In this document: positions 39,053 to 48,291 of the stretch, in pieces
How the letters are laid out: each line of letters starts with the position of its first letter
Position numbering within the stretch: the stretch's first letter is position 1
Virus record (IMG/VR): IMGVR_UViG_3300046821_000076
Coordinates: 8,335-72,334 of that record
Reading direction: 5' to 3' (one strand)
Length of the DNA: 64,000 nucleotides
DNA from: a virus
The notes under the pieces: generated by a model
The model's database searches: none
What the model was told of the DNA's origin: nothing
The model's input: only the letters and a program-made list of their open reading frames with translations
Program-made: the position numbers and the translations under genes

Positions 39053-39340
39053 GTGAAATTCCTTAAAGAAGCAAATACAATGGCAGCTGAAGTGTTTGGT
39101 ACTATCACCGATACTACTACCATGTTACGTGGTGCAGCCAAAGCCGGTGTAGTATATACCGAGCAATGGGAAGACTCTGCTCGTAAGAACGTGCAGGCTG
39201 ACTTGTTAGAGAAGTCATACAAAATGCGTAAGAAGGTTGATAAGCTAATGGAGCATATCGATCCAGAGATGATGACTCTTAATAAGCAAGGTTACTATGA
39301 CTTAGACTTAGGTAAGCTAATCGAAGCGCATAAGAAGTAA
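39053..39340 (+). CDS. First early hypothetical protein
   Basis: 95-aa ORF with phage-like codon use downstream of conserved motif at 38998. Confidence 0.7.
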   Translation: MKFLKEANTMAAEVFGTITDTTTMLRGAAKAGVVYTEQWEDSARKNVQADLLEKSYKMRKKVDKLMEHIDPEMMTLNKQGYYDLDLGKLIEAHKK

Positions 39341-39344
39341 TCCA

Positions 39345-39625
39345 ATAGAGTATATGACTTAGGTTGTGTACTCTCATCCATTAATATAAACAAGGAACCA
39401 TCACCATGTACGAATCAATGTTTAATCCAACTACATTAGTTATGTCTTTCACTATCTACTCACTACTTCTACTGTGTGTAGTATTAGCAGTTAAGCTTCT
39501 TAAAGTAGAGAAAGAGAATAGAAAGCAGATGAATTACATCCTCTATCTAAATGATCGCTTAACTAAACTAGAAGAGAATGAAACAAAGTAATTACATAGA
39601 GTACATGACCTAGGTTGCGTACTCT
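39345..39625 (+). repeat. Pair of 30-nt hairpin direct repeats (39345-39374, 39596-39625)
   Basis: ATAGAGTAYATGACYTAGGTTGYGTACTCT, 27/30 identical, each just after a stop codon. Confidence 0.85.
39406..39591 (+). CDS. Small membrane protein
   Basis: AAGGA RBS; one N-terminal hydrophobic helix and basic tail. Confidence 0.75.
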   Translation: MYESMFNPTTLVMSFTIYSLLLLCVVLAVKLLKVEKENRKQMNYILYLNDRLTKLEENETK

Positions 39626-39655
39626 TATTCACTAATCAATCAATCAATCATCATC

Positions 39656-39865
39656 ATGTTGGAGTTCCGTATGTTCTCATCCTTCTTCTCTACTCAAGAA
39701 TCAAAGCTACGTTGCGTGCTAACAATTATCCTGTTCATTGTCAGCCTAGTTGGTGTATTCATTCTGGATAATGATATGCATCAGGTGTATGCGTTATCTG
39801 GCCTATTCAGTGCAGTACTTATTCAGATGTTCTATTGGGCATCTGATTATGATGCTCCATTCTAA
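39656..39865 (+). CDS. Small two-TM membrane protein
   Basis: Two hydrophobic segments; alternative start 39671 has GGAG RBS. Confidence 0.7.
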   Translation: MLEFRMFSSFFSTQESKLRCVLTIILFIVSLVGVFILDNDMHQVYALSGLFSAVLIQMFYWASDYDAPF

Positions 39866-39868
39866 ATA

Positions 39869-39908
39869 ATATAACCAATCTCAATTAAGAGGTTGGTTAT
39901 ATATTTTT
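39869..39908 (+). terminator. Intrinsic terminator
   Basis: ATATAACCAATCTC..GAGGTTGGTTATAT stem then T-run. Confidence 0.7.
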
Positions 39909-40397
39909 ATTCTGTATTACACATTACACACAATACACATTACACATAACCCTAACAGTATGTGCGCCAGACAGTAGTAAACTTATTACAAAATCTAAAT
40001 ATTCTGTGAATACAGATTCATATATAAACCAATAGATATACAGTAATAACTACAATTACTAATCTCTAAATACACAGTATTAGTTAGTAATTCATATAAA
40101 TATGTAGATAGGTATAGGTATACATTTAATTAACTGTATTAAATATAGGTATATAGGTAGATGTAAGTAGATATACCTAATTATATTTAGTTATTAGTAT
40201 GTCTATCATATCTACTATTACTACTAACCGTACTCTTATTCTTATATATACTTATTGTCTAACAATATAACTAAAGACTATCTCTTAGGTTGCAGCCCTT
40301 AGCTGTATTGTATCTTCAAATCTCAAACTGTCAATAGGCATATGCCTGTTTCTTGTCTTGTGTATAGATACCTTCATCTAATTCAAGGAGCAACCTA

Positions 40398-40481
40398 ATG
40401 AACTTACCAGACACAATCATATACACACTACTTAGTATATGCTTAGGCTTGAGCATAAGCTTGCTACTAGCTTACGCCTAA
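40398..40481 (+). CDS. 27-aa hydrophobic peptide (not in ORF track)
   Basis: AAGGAG RBS 7 nt before ATG; MNLPDTIIYTLLSICLGLSISLLLAYA. Confidence 0.6.
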   Translation: MNLPDTIIYTLLSICLGLSISLLLAYA

Positions 40482-40579
40482 GTACTAAGAGCATATTTCC
40501 GTAACTAGTGGAACTAACTACTAAACCATGGAAATATGCTCTATTTCTACTTGCTACCCTAAAGACTAAGGATATCTAC

Positions 40580-40843
40580 ATGCTACCTTATTTTACCTAC
40601 ACAGAGGACATTGAGAGCTTCTGTATGCTTATGGGATTCACTATAGACACTAGGGTACCTTTTAGTAAATATGTGTGTATGTGCTCGTTGGGGTATTCTC
40701 CAATACCGCGTATTACATCCTATAATTTAAACCCCGACAATGATTCACTAATACCACCTGAAAAGGTAATACACTACCTAACATTAATACTTAACGGCTA
40801 CTCTTATAAGAAAGCTGTTAATGAGTTAAATGTTGTTGGGTGA
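40580..40843 (+). CDS. Hypothetical early protein
   Basis: AAGGA RBS before ATG 40580. Confidence 0.6.
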   Translation: MLPYFTYTEDIESFCMLMGFTIDTRVPFSKYVCMCSLGYSPIPRITSYNLNPDNDSLIPPEKVIHYLTLILNGYSYKKAVNELNVVG

Positions 40844-40947
40844 TTCGTCCTCTTTCCATTACATAAGGTAAACCACCTAGGATTCTCTTGAGTCCTTGTT
40901 GTCTTGTGTGTGGCAATAATGTCAAATTTAATCAAGGAATACATATC

Positions 40948-41262
40948 ATGGCTTTTAACAAACGTTCTACTACAGCTCCTGCTCAAACAACTTCAACTAA
41001 TTCTATTGAGCGCGAAGCTCGTACGACAATTGGTTACGTTAACTTGGGCATCCCATTGACTGACGGGACTAACATCAAAATTGCAGGTGATTTAACCATT
41101 CGCCTGTACGCAGAAAATGCAGGACATGTTCAACTTGTAGATGCAATTCGTAATGGTGACATTACATCTGAAGAGGCATCTCACATGATCGTAGCGTCAA
41201 TTGCATTAGCACGTGATGCAGATTCACCAGTTGAATTAGATTGGACACGTATCGGCAAATAG
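40948..41262 (+). CDS. ssDNA-binding RNAP II cofactor (Drc / N4 gp2-like)
   Basis: MAFNK low-complexity N-tail then GYVNLGIPLTDG..I.L....GHVQL, resembling LUZ7 Drc; early position; AAGGA RBS. Confidence 0.65.
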   Translation: MAFNKRSTTAPAQTTSTNSIEREARTTIGYVNLGIPLTDGTNIKIAGDLTIRLYAENAGHVQLVDAIRNGDITSEEASHMIVASIALARDADSPVELDWTRIGK

Positions 41263-41267
41263 CAAAC

Positions 41268-41304
41268 AAATACGGATATTACCTTTAAGGTGATGTCCGT
41301 ATTT
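41268..41304 (+). terminator. Long hairpin / terminator
   Basis: AAATACGGATATTACC-TTTAA-GGTGATGTCCGTATTT. Confidence 0.6.
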
Positions 41305-41340
41305 AAATTCATACCCAAACACACACTCCAAGGAACACTC

Positions 41341-41583
41341 ATGACTAAACTCGTTTACACCCTCATTGCAATAACGCTAGCGATTACTGTATTCATCTCA
41401 TGCCCATACTTGTATGACCAAGCATACGCTGCTGCGTATGACTGCGACAATGGACATGCTTCTGCATGTGATTGGTTACAAGCACACAATGCAGACGCAG
41501 ATGCGCATGATACATCAAATACATGTCACGCAAGCAACACATGCTTGCCAACTAAAACAACAAACAATCCCTTCACTCAATAG
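41341..41583 (+). CDS. Membrane-anchored or exported Cys-rich small protein
   Basis: AAGGA RBS; N-terminal hydrophobic helix, CDNGHASAC and repeated SNTC. Confidence 0.65.
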   Translation: MTKLVYTLIAITLAITVFISCPYLYDQAYAAAYDCDNGHASACDWLQAHNADADAHDTSNTCHASNTCLPTKTTNNPFTQ

Positions 41584-41642
41584 AGTGTTGGGATTCAATT
41601 TAAAGCTTTAAATATAGAACTCACTTCGTTCGTACTTATTTG

Positions 41643-41715
41643 CTAAATATACTTTGTATATTTAGTGTTAAAAGCAATAACTAAACAGTATGTAAAAGTC
41701 CCTTTGGGACTTTTG
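41643..41715 (+). promoter_or_regulatory. Two tandem C-TTT-G triloop hairpins, candidate vRNAP-type promoters
   Basis: CTAAATATAC-TTT-GTATATTTAG and AAAAGTCCC-TTT-GGGACTTTT-G; N4 promoter-like geometry. Confidence 0.5.
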
Positions 41716-41755
41716 CTGACACTGATTTATTAAACCAAACAGTATAGAGGTAGCT

Positions 41756-42073
41756 ATGTTTGACTTAGACGAAGAAGATTTATACTTCCCTAACACTAAA
41801 GTAATACGTGATCTCTTAGAAAGCTTAAACTACAAAGTTGTGCCTATAGATACTAGAGTACGCAGAAAGGATTCTGATTATAGTGCTATATGCTTTAGTG
41901 CATGGATAACGCAGTTTGATCAGATTAAGCAAACCAATAAAATGTACTACTGTATGGATGGTCCTACTCTTACAGAAGAACAATCAATACTCGTATTTGA
42001 CATACTTCATGTATGTCCTGATTACCAAACATTCAAAGAAGCGTTGGAACAGTATATAGAGAGTAATCCTTAA
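41756..42073 (+). CDS. Hypothetical early protein
   Basis: GAGGT RBS, 105 aa. Confidence 0.7.
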   Translation: MFDLDEEDLYFPNTKVIRDLLESLNYKVVPIDTRVRRKDSDYSAICFSAWITQFDQIKQTNKMYYCMDGPTLTEEQSILVFDILHVCPDYQTFKEALEQYIESNP

Positions 42074-42090
42074 AAATATTGGAGCATACG

Positions 42091-42399
42091 ATGAAAAACA
42101 TTCTTTTATATTACGTGGCTGTGCCTTGTACAGCTGAGATAATAGACTTAATCACACTCTTTTCTATACAGACTAGAAAATATGATCCAATGCATAGAGA
42201 TATACACGGATGTGGTTTGTTTATCTACAATGCACATTTAGAACTAGAAAGTGTAGATGATGATACAGAATGGCTTCTTGAGAATAAAGATGCAATACAG
42301 GTATTAGCATTTTATGCTAATAAAGATTTTAATGGGCTATGTGCCTATTTAAACACTATCCCTGAAAGACCTTTTAATGTCTGCACTGACTCATTTTAA
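42091..42399 (+). CDS. Hypothetical early protein
   Basis: GGAG RBS before ATG 42091. Confidence 0.7.
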   Translation: MKNILLYYVAVPCTAEIIDLITLFSIQTRKYDPMHRDIHGCGLFIYNAHLELESVDDDTEWLLENKDAIQVLAFYANKDFNGLCAYLNTIPERPFNVCTDSF

Positions 42400-42522
42400 A
42401 TAACTTAATTCTGTTGTGCTGTTGCTTGTTTTGTCTTCGCGTTCCGCAAACCCTCATAACTCATAGTTCTCCCTCTTGTCTCGTTATTGGGATTATCCCT
42501 AAATAAACCAAGGAATATTTAT

Positions 42523-42945
42523 ATGCGTATTTCAGTTAATCCAGAGTACTTTGATCTTATTCCATGCCGATCTATAGAATACGCTCAGGCTATAAACATT
42601 GATCAAATCAAAGGGATGGCTATTACAGCAGTAGTCTATAAAGAGTCTGATGAATCCCTACACATTCATTTAAATACTCATGTACTTGAAATGATTCATC
42701 ATCAAGATTGCTGTGAAACAGTATATCTAGCAGATGTTGTAGGAGAGTTTGAAGACCTTATTGGATATCCGCTAATAGAGGTGTCTGAATCCACTGTAGA
42801 TATAGGCAATGATGATATCTCATCTACTGCCTCCTACTATAACTTTAAAACACTTAAAGCCAGTGTACAGCTACGATGGGTGGGTGAAAGTAACGGTTAC
42901 TACTCAGAAACCATAGGCTGTTATCTATATCCTACAGGAGATTAA
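42523..42945 (+). CDS. Conserved phage protein with HxQDCCE and ESNGYYSE motifs
   Basis: HHQDCCETVYLADVVG, RWVGESNGYYSE motifs widespread in phage hypotheticals; AAGGA RBS. Confidence 0.8.
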   Translation: MRISVNPEYFDLIPCRSIEYAQAINIDQIKGMAITAVVYKESDESLHIHLNTHVLEMIHHQDCCETVYLADVVGEFEDLIGYPLIEVSESTVDIGNDDISSTASYYNFKTLKASVQLRWVGESNGYYSETIGCYLYPTGD

Positions 42946-42947
42946 CA

Positions 42948-43232
42948 ATGAGGCTTAAAAAGCTATTTTCACACGAGTATTTAATTACTGAAGTTTCAAC
43001 TGAAGTATGCGACTTAGCTTGCTTCTTAGATATTCCATTTAATATTGATGATCCAGCTGATCATTTCTACATTAAAGAACCTGATACAGACCTCTGTATC
43101 AAATCTTTCGAGTACAGACGTGATTCTGATGTACTGGTATCTTCCAAAATATTTTGCGAAATACTCATGGACATTAAATCAGGCATGTCAGTCATAGAAG
43201 CCTACAACAAGCAAGGTTATACCTATACCTAA
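42948..43232 (+). CDS. Hypothetical early protein
   Basis: AGGAG RBS, 94 aa. Confidence 0.7.
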   Translation: MRLKKLFSHEYLITEVSTEVCDLACFLDIPFNIDDPADHFYIKEPDTDLCIKSFEYRRDSDVLVSSKIFCEILMDIKSGMSVIEAYNKQGYTYT

Positions 43233-43246
43233 ACCAAGGAAATCAT

Positions 43247-44215
43247 ATGCACCTTTCACTTACAGAACGTCAAGAGCTCATTGAAGAACAGCTATCCAAG
43301 AAGCATATCAATACTAAGGTATTGGACGAATTGACTAGCGATCTAGACATGATGGATAAGATCATTGAAGGTATTGAATTACTAGAGCTATGGTGCAATG
43401 CTCCAGGCGAATACGAGTCACAACAGGCTCGTAAAGATCACATCAAGGAGATGGCTTTAAAAGACATTGTAGAAACGGTATACGTAACTACGTTGGCTTT
43501 AAAGAACACGACTACACTGGCTAATCTTATAGGCATCCTAGCACTTAAGCTTGAATTCGAGGAGTCATACCAAGGATTCAAAGCAGCAGGGGAGATTATA
43601 GCTCTACTCTGTTATACAGATGTGTATGACTTAGATAAGCCAAAGAAATACGACAGTATTATCGTAAAGCCTAATTTTGATCTACCAGATGAAACCAAGG
43701 AATATATTGAGAATGCTCAGTATCTTCCTCCCTCTATCAGTGAGCCTAAATATCTAATACATAACCGTAGTAGTGGCTACAGAACTATTAAGCGAGACTC
43801 TCTCATTCTAGGTGGTGCTATTCACCATCATAACGAGGACATCTGCTTAGATGTCCTTAATCGTATGAATGAGACAAAACTCACAATGAATCTAGATATG
43901 GTAAATATTCAGCAATTATATGAAGGAGACTTAGATGTTATTGAAGACTTTGAAGGGAGTGCTCTTGAGTATCAACGAGCAGTGTCACAACAGAAAGAGA
44001 ACTGGGAGTTATTCCTCAGACGCTCAGAGCTTGCATACTCAATTGTAGAAGATAACCCATTCTATCTAACTCATAAGGTAGATAAACGTGGACGTATCTA
44101 CTCACAAGGATATGCCATTAACGTACAAGGCAATAGCTTCCAAAAAGCGTGTATCGATCTAGTCACTAAAGACTATATCGAAGTGCCTGATGATTACTTC
44201 ACACCCAAGGGATAA
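43247..44215 (+). CDS. RNA polymerase II subunit 1 (N4 gp15-like)
   Basis: QYLPP..EP, HKVDKRGRIYSQGY (DxRGR motif of T7-like RNAPs). Confidence 0.92.
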   Translation: MHLSLTERQELIEEQLSKKHINTKVLDELTSDLDMMDKIIEGIELLELWCNAPGEYESQQARKDHIKEMALKDIVETVYVTTLALKNTTTLANLIGILALKLEFEESYQGFKAAGEIIALLCYTDVYDLDKPKKYDSIIVKPNFDLPDETKEYIENAQYLPPSISEPKYLIHNRSSGYRTIKRDSLILGGAIHHHNEDICLDVLNRMNETKLTMNLDMVNIQQLYEGDLDVIEDFEGSALEYQRAVSQQKENWELFLRRSELAYSIVEDNPFYLTHKVDKRGRIYSQGYAINVQGNSFQKACIDLVTKDYIEVPDDYFTPKG

Positions 44216-44218
44216 ATC

Positions 44219-44566
44219 ATGAGTGACATTGAATTTGGATGTATAGGGGTAGACGTTGAAGGATACTCCCAGCAGGGCTTACGTAGATTATTTGAAGAAA
44301 ACGGTCTAGACAGTTTTATTGCTAACCATAGCTTCTTAGGTGAAGACGGCCCTTACAAAGAAGGTAGATACCTCCAAGCTGAATGTAGAGGTCTATTGCG
44401 CGAGACAACCTCTCTATATGTATTAAGTGGTTATATAAGCCACACGACAGACATTGAAACCTTCCTTCTGATATTAAGGACTGCCCTACTCGATATTACT
44501 GCAGCAAATGCATTAATAAATGAGATGTACTATCAAGGGTTAATTACCCCAAAGAGGGTAATATGA
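44219..44566 (+). CDS. Hypothetical protein
   Basis: 115-aa ORF in tightly packed operon. Confidence 0.7.
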   Translation: MSDIEFGCIGVDVEGYSQQGLRRLFEENGLDSFIANHSFLGEDGPYKEGRYLQAECRGLLRETTSLYVLSGYISHTTDIETFLLILRTALLDITAANALINEMYYQGLITPKRVI

Positions 44567-44904
44567 GACATATTAACTTTAGTGAGGTAGGTGTAGTTGT
44601 TAATTCATTTGAAGAGTTAGATGAGCTAGTTACTCTGTATAACGCTTTAGACATAAAGTTTGATACAAACAACATCGAAAATGCTAAACGAGCTAATCTG
44701 CGTAATCGGTATATCCAAATTTCAAGGGCAGATATCCAAACAAGGTTAGGTAGCAATCCTGACGTATCCATTAGCATATTAAGTTACCCAATTACATATG
44801 TAATGGACAGTTTAGACTTTGTTGTTGCATACCACCTACTCAAATCAAACCAAGAAGATGAGCTAATAGCTTATTTAGACAAACACTGTAAGGAATTTAA
44901 ATAA
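44563..44904 (+). CDS. Hypothetical protein
   Basis: ATGA overlap, GAGGG RBS. Confidence 0.7.
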   Translation: MRHINFSEVGVVVNSFEELDELVTLYNALDIKFDTNNIENAKRANLRNRYIQISRADIQTRLGSNPDVSISILSYPITYVMDSLDFVVAYHLLKSNQEDELIAYLDKHCKEFK

Positions 44905-45272
44905 TGGCTCTTATCACTATTATGTGCAAACCACGAAATGCTGCAGAACGTAAGTTACTTATTGATGCAGGTATTATCACACCATCTCAGAAACATCCAT
45001 GGGTGTTCTTAGAACGTCTACGCTTTAGTGACCGGGTTGATGGAGTATATACTTCAATGCTGTATTGGAATGTATGCACTTACTATAGCTACCGGACACG
45101 GAGCTTACGTGTAACTGTTAAACAGTTCATCAACATCTATAATTTTATCAGTTTAATACCAGAAGCTGGTATTACGCATATTGTTCCATTTGTAGAGAGT
45201 ACCTCACGTAACCGTGCAGCACTTAAATATTACTACCGTGTGGCGGACCTTATAAATGTCAAGTATCAATAG
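44904..45272 (+). CDS. Hypothetical protein
   Basis: TAATG coupling, AAGGA RBS. Confidence 0.7.
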   Translation: MALITIMCKPRNAAERKLLIDAGIITPSQKHPWVFLERLRFSDRVDGVYTSMLYWNVCTYYSYRTRSLRVTVKQFINIYNFISLIPEAGITHIVPFVESTSRNRAALKYYYRVADLINVKYQ

Positions 45273-45606
45273 CCGCATTAGCTATATGTACATTGAGTAC
45301 TCTACAGCTTTTCATATGAAATATAAGCGTCTATTCGCAGATACTATCTACGATAGTGATCGAATAGATTCCTGCCCTTTAGTTATTACATGGGCTGCAA
45401 CAGATATGTGGGTAGAAGATGGTAATGCTAAATCCTTAGCAATCTCTGCTAAAACAACTAACTACAAAGATAGTTTTAAAGTAACTGAAGAATTCTTTGA
45501 AGATGCCTTACAAGCTTACTTCCTCTTCCCTGATACAAAAGAAGATGATGATGAAGACTCTAGCAATCTACGCTTCGAATTCGTTAAAGCACTCTTAAAC
45601 AAGTAA
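45256..45606 (+). CDS. Hypothetical protein
   Basis: 116-aa ORF overlapping upstream gene. Confidence 0.7.
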   Translation: MSSINSRISYMYIEYSTAFHMKYKRLFADTIYDSDRIDSCPLVITWAATDMWVEDGNAKSLAISAKTTNYKDSFKVTEEFFEDALQAYFLFPDTKEDDDEDSSNLRFEFVKALLNK

Positions 45607-45638
45607 CCAACACACCTAAACAAACCAAGGAATAAACC

Positions 45639-46889
45639 ATGAAACACTTCTCAGCTTTAGACTACCTGTGTATTGATATTGCCAACAACGTTGGTAAACA
45701 AGATGGCTTCCTTGGAGACAAGGATACCTTTGAAAATCGTATCCAATGGGTTAAAGACAATGTCAATGATCTACCTGAATACTACGTTAGAGCAGAAGAT
45801 AAGTATCAATACATCAAAGGTGTATTAGCTTTAGCTGATGTCCTTGGAGGTAAGCCTACAGGTCATACTGTAGCTCTTGATGCAATCTGCTCAGGCATAT
45901 CTATTATGTCTGCAATTACAGGTTGTCTCAAAGGCTGTAAGGCTACAGGACTTGTAGCCACAGGCTACCGTCCTGATGCCTATACAGCCGTTACAGACGC
46001 TATGAACAGAATGCTATCTAAGCAAGGTATCCAAACAACAATCTCCCGTAAGGTAGCTAAGGAAGCAGTAATGCAAGCGAGCTATGGAAGTACTCGTAAA
46101 CCAAAAGAAACTTTTGGCGAGAATACTCCTGAACTACGTGCATTTGAAGATGCTTGTATGGAGGTAGCCCCTGAAGCCTTTAAGCTTATGAGAGTATTAA
46201 TTGATGCTTGGAATCCTAACGCTTTAGAACACTCTTGGTATATGCCTGATGCATTCAGCGTAAAGATCAAAGTACTAGAACAGAAGGAAACCAAGATATA
46301 CATCAAAGAATTGGACGATGCTTGTGTGACTATGATCACTAAAGAGAATAAACCAGTTAAACGTGGTGTATCTCTTTGCGCTAACATGGTTCACGCATGT
46401 GACTCGTACATACTACGCTCTATGGTACGTAGATGCTCATATGACGTATATAACATCACTGAGGTACTAACAGTCATTAACAATGAATTAGTAGCTCCTA
46501 CGAGCTATACAGTGATCCCTGATAAAATGGAAGAACTCCTAGCTCTCTACGCTGTTATGAATATTCCTGATACTCGTATCTTGGATTACATCACTCCATC
46601 TACAGTCAATGCAGTACCTAAGAAATACTTACTTCAATTGAAGAATACTATTTCTATGATGCTTCATTACGGTAGCTTTGATATCCTTACTATTCACGAC
46701 GCGTTTCGCTGTGCTCCATCTAATTGCAATGCAGTACGCTACTGGTATGCAGAGATTCTAGCTGAGCTTGCTGACTCTAATATCCTAGAGTGTATCTATG
46801 AACAAATCACAGGTACTCATCGTAAGTTTAGAAAAGCTGTACCAAACCTTTCATCTCTAATCCGTCAAGCAGATTACCAACTCTCATGA
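45639..46889 (+). CDS. RNA polymerase II subunit 2 (N4 gp16-like)
   Basis: Motif A LDAICSG, motif B RKVAKEAVMQASYG, ANMVHACD, motif C IHDAF. Confidence 0.93.
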   Translation: MKHFSALDYLCIDIANNVGKQDGFLGDKDTFENRIQWVKDNVNDLPEYYVRAEDKYQYIKGVLALADVLGGKPTGHTVALDAICSGISIMSAITGCLKGCKATGLVATGYRPDAYTAVTDAMNRMLSKQGIQTTISRKVAKEAVMQASYGSTRKPKETFGENTPELRAFEDACMEVAPEAFKLMRVLIDAWNPNALEHSWYMPDAFSVKIKVLEQKETKIYIKELDDACVTMITKENKPVKRGVSLCANMVHACDSYILRSMVRRCSYDVYNITEVLTVINNELVAPTSYTVIPDKMEELLALYAVMNIPDTRILDYITPSTVNAVPKKYLLQLKNTISMMLHYGSFDILTIHDAFRCAPSNCNAVRYWYAEILAELADSNILECIYEQITGTHRKFRKAVPNLSSLIRQADYQLS

Positions 46890-46924
46890 GTTGGTTTTCT
46901 CTTTAATACCATCAAGGAATAAAC

Positions 46925-47227
46925 ATGAATCTCGTACTTGAAAATTTACCTCTAACACTTGTATTTAAAAAGTCTAGGCAGAACTTAGATTTACTATCTC
47001 AGTACTACGGGGGAGTTTTTATTAAAGCCACTAACAGTAAAAATATAGCAATACCTATTCATGAATTACTAGATGATGTTCCTAGTAGAACTCATGGGAC
47101 TTTAATACTAGGTAATGCACAAACACCTCGTAAAGTATTTAATCATGCAAATCTTAAAGAAATTCTAATACGTAAAGATATTCATCCACTATTAGCTATA
47201 GAGTACATAAAGGAGATTCTTAAATGA
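46925..47227 (+). CDS. Hypothetical protein
   Basis: AAGGA RBS, 100 aa. Confidence 0.65.
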   Translation: MNLVLENLPLTLVFKKSRQNLDLLSQYYGGVFIKATNSKNIAIPIHELLDDVPSRTHGTLILGNAQTPRKVFNHANLKEILIRKDIHPLLAIEYIKEILK

Positions 47228-47553
47228 AAAGTCTTAATGTAATTAATTTTTATCTTACGAACCCTTTATATCAAGAACTAATTAGAGAGCATATATGGGC
47301 TAGAAGAATTCATAATCTCAACCGTAAACCAGCATATTTAAAACTGTGTTTATCCCTGCTGTATTCTAAAAGCTGTATCCCAGAATCCTACCAGAGATAC
47401 AGCATAGCAACTCCTAACCCTGACGGTTTAGACCCACTACTATCAGAAGATCAAGTAATGCTACTCATAGACTCTAGTAAACTTATTGGTTTACCTGAGT
47501 TGTCTTATCTTGCAGCAGCCTTACATCAAGAGAATAAACAGAACAAGCTCTGA
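47224..47553 (+). CDS. Hypothetical protein
   Basis: ATGA overlap, AAGGAG RBS. Confidence 0.65.
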   Translation: MKSLNVINFYLTNPLYQELIREHIWARRIHNLNRKPAYLKLCLSLLYSKSCIPESYQRYSIATPNPDGLDPLLSEDQVMLLIDSSKLIGLPELSYLAAALHQENKQNKL

Positions 47554-47659
47554 TGCTTGTTTTGTTGTTCTTCTTTCTTTTTTCTATGATTTAAACTAAT
47601 GTGCCCTTTGGGCACTTTTATGGTCATATGATCACGTAACTTTCAAAGGACATAAGCAA

Positions 47660-48211
47660 ATGCTTAAACTTAAAGACATTCAAACTAAACCAGTAATCTA
47701 CCAAGGGCTTGAAGTAGATGTACCTGCAGATACTAACTTCATGTGGTTACGTCATAACGATAAGAAGACAGTATTATGGGCTTCTGCAAAAAAACCTGTA
47801 TGGCATCGTGAGCATAAATGCTATATCCCCCCTTCAGGTGCTACTCTCGTAGCTGTACTTGAACATGCAGACCTTACTGTAGAACAAGTAAAAGATTCAT
47901 TAGAGACTGATGAAAGCTTACCTACAGCTCAAGATTTAGAACAACTAGATGTAGTTGTAAACCTTGTTAAAAATCTACGTAGATTTGCAAACAGCTTAGA
48001 ACGTAACGTAACTAAAGCAAGTACTAATCCTAGCCCTGAAAGCATTCAGTCACTTCTACAACATGTATATGCTGACGAAGGTGAATTAGATAACTTCTAT
48101 AATCATGCTATTGAAGAAGCAACAAAATACGGTATTGTTGCTGAGCAGGATGAAGACTCAGACGAAGATCATGAAGCATTGCTTAAATTCATTAATGCCA
48201 TCCTTAAATAA
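47660..48211 (+). CDS. Hypothetical protein
   Basis: AAGGA RBS, 183 aa, follows triloop hairpin at 47601-47615. Confidence 0.75.
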   Translation: MLKLKDIQTKPVIYQGLEVDVPADTNFMWLRHNDKKTVLWASAKKPVWHREHKCYIPPSGATLVAVLEHADLTVEQVKDSLETDESLPTAQDLEQLDVVVNLVKNLRRFANSLERNVTKASTNPSPESIQSLLQHVYADEGELDNFYNHAIEEATKYGIVAEQDEDSDEDHEALLKFINAILK

Positions 48212-48291
48212 TCTATTTGGAGGTACAGCTTATGCTGTACCTCTTAGAGGTGCTTATCAAACTGTTAACTTATACGTAGGAAAGACAAATC

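Noticed and set aside
39345-39625. Hairpin repeats as a mini-CRISPR array
   Set aside because: Only two copies, separated by ~220 nt containing a gene
43247-46889. Split RNA polymerase as a novelty or intron
   Set aside because: Two-subunit RNAP II is standard for N4-like phages; the intervening ORFs are ordinary genes
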